DNA of 64,000 nt from Squalus acanthias (Eukaryota), in NCBI GenBank assembly GCA_030390025.1, contig CM059431.1:135038001-135102000 (forward strand), given 5' to 3'. Every line of letters starts with the position of its first letter. The stretch's first letter is position 1. The position numbers and the translations under genes were made by a program. A model generated the notes under the pieces. The model did not search any database, was not told the DNA's origin, and saw only the letters and a list, made by a program, of their open reading frames with translations. Below, piece after piece: positions 63,470 through 64,000 of the stretch.

Positions 63470-64000
63470 GGCCCGGATTTTGCGATCAGTGATGAAGGGA
63501 CAGCGCTCGCTGCTGACCTCGCTGCCCACAAAGATTTAGCAGGCTCTGTGGCATCAGTCTCCCCTATTACAATGCCAATTTCATTCTGTCACCATCTAAA
63601 GGGGATATCTGACATCCAGGAACAGTGAAGTCATCAAGCAAGCTGAGCAGCTATCAGATTGAAGCATTCTCACAAACAGCAAACCAAGAAGTAAAAAACA
63701 CTTCTAAAAACACTGATTATCATTCACTTTTTAATCATTTTACAAAGAACAAAATAAAGATTGGGACATAACGTGGGATTAAGGTAAAAGCTGAAATATC
63801 ATAAACAAACTTTAAAAAATAAAATGAAAATACATTTTTATTAATTAAAAAATCTATGGAATTTTTATCATGCAATGGAGGGAATGACACTCCATACTTC
63901 TAAAATTAGTTTTTCAGGGCCAGAGAGGTTGCTCAGCAGTAATAATGACTTAGTACGCCATTAAAAACTCAGTTACACCTCATTCAACAAGGCTTAACTT
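63470..64000. mobile_element. MITE or Harbinger-type element left end (runs off the window)
   Basis: GGCCCGGATTTTGC TIR-like start; similarity to the 59593 element. Confidence 0.45.

Larger units (their letters stand above)
2875..64000 (+). other. Intron following the HS6ST coding exon (extends beyond the window)
   Basis: GT donor at 2875. The expected next-exon sequence (NF.YIT.LRDPVSRYLSEW) does not appear in the ORF track. Confidence 0.8.

Overview
Vertebrate genomic DNA, very probably a shark or other cartilaginous fish (inferred from the repeat families: CR1 LINEs, SacSINE1-like DeuSINEs, hairpin repeats). The only host gene is the first coding exon of a heparan-sulfate 6-O-sulfotransferase (HS6ST2/HS6ST3 type, 2339-2874, + strand), preceded by a CCAAT-rich promoter and followed by more than 61 kb of intron 1. 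I found no second exon. The intron is packed with nested transposable elements: nine long CR1 LINE relics, all in gene-sense orientation; DeuSINEs; a 1.7-kb solo LTR with a 4-bp TSD; and minisatellites. It also holds a dense two-component PIF/Harbinger system: four copies with a HARBI1-like DDE transposase and a convergent spliced Myb/SANT gene, two non-autonomous derivatives with the same deletions, and at least seven MITEs, mostly with non-canonical 3-bp TSDs. Coordinates were read by eye, and the ends of degraded elements are approximate.
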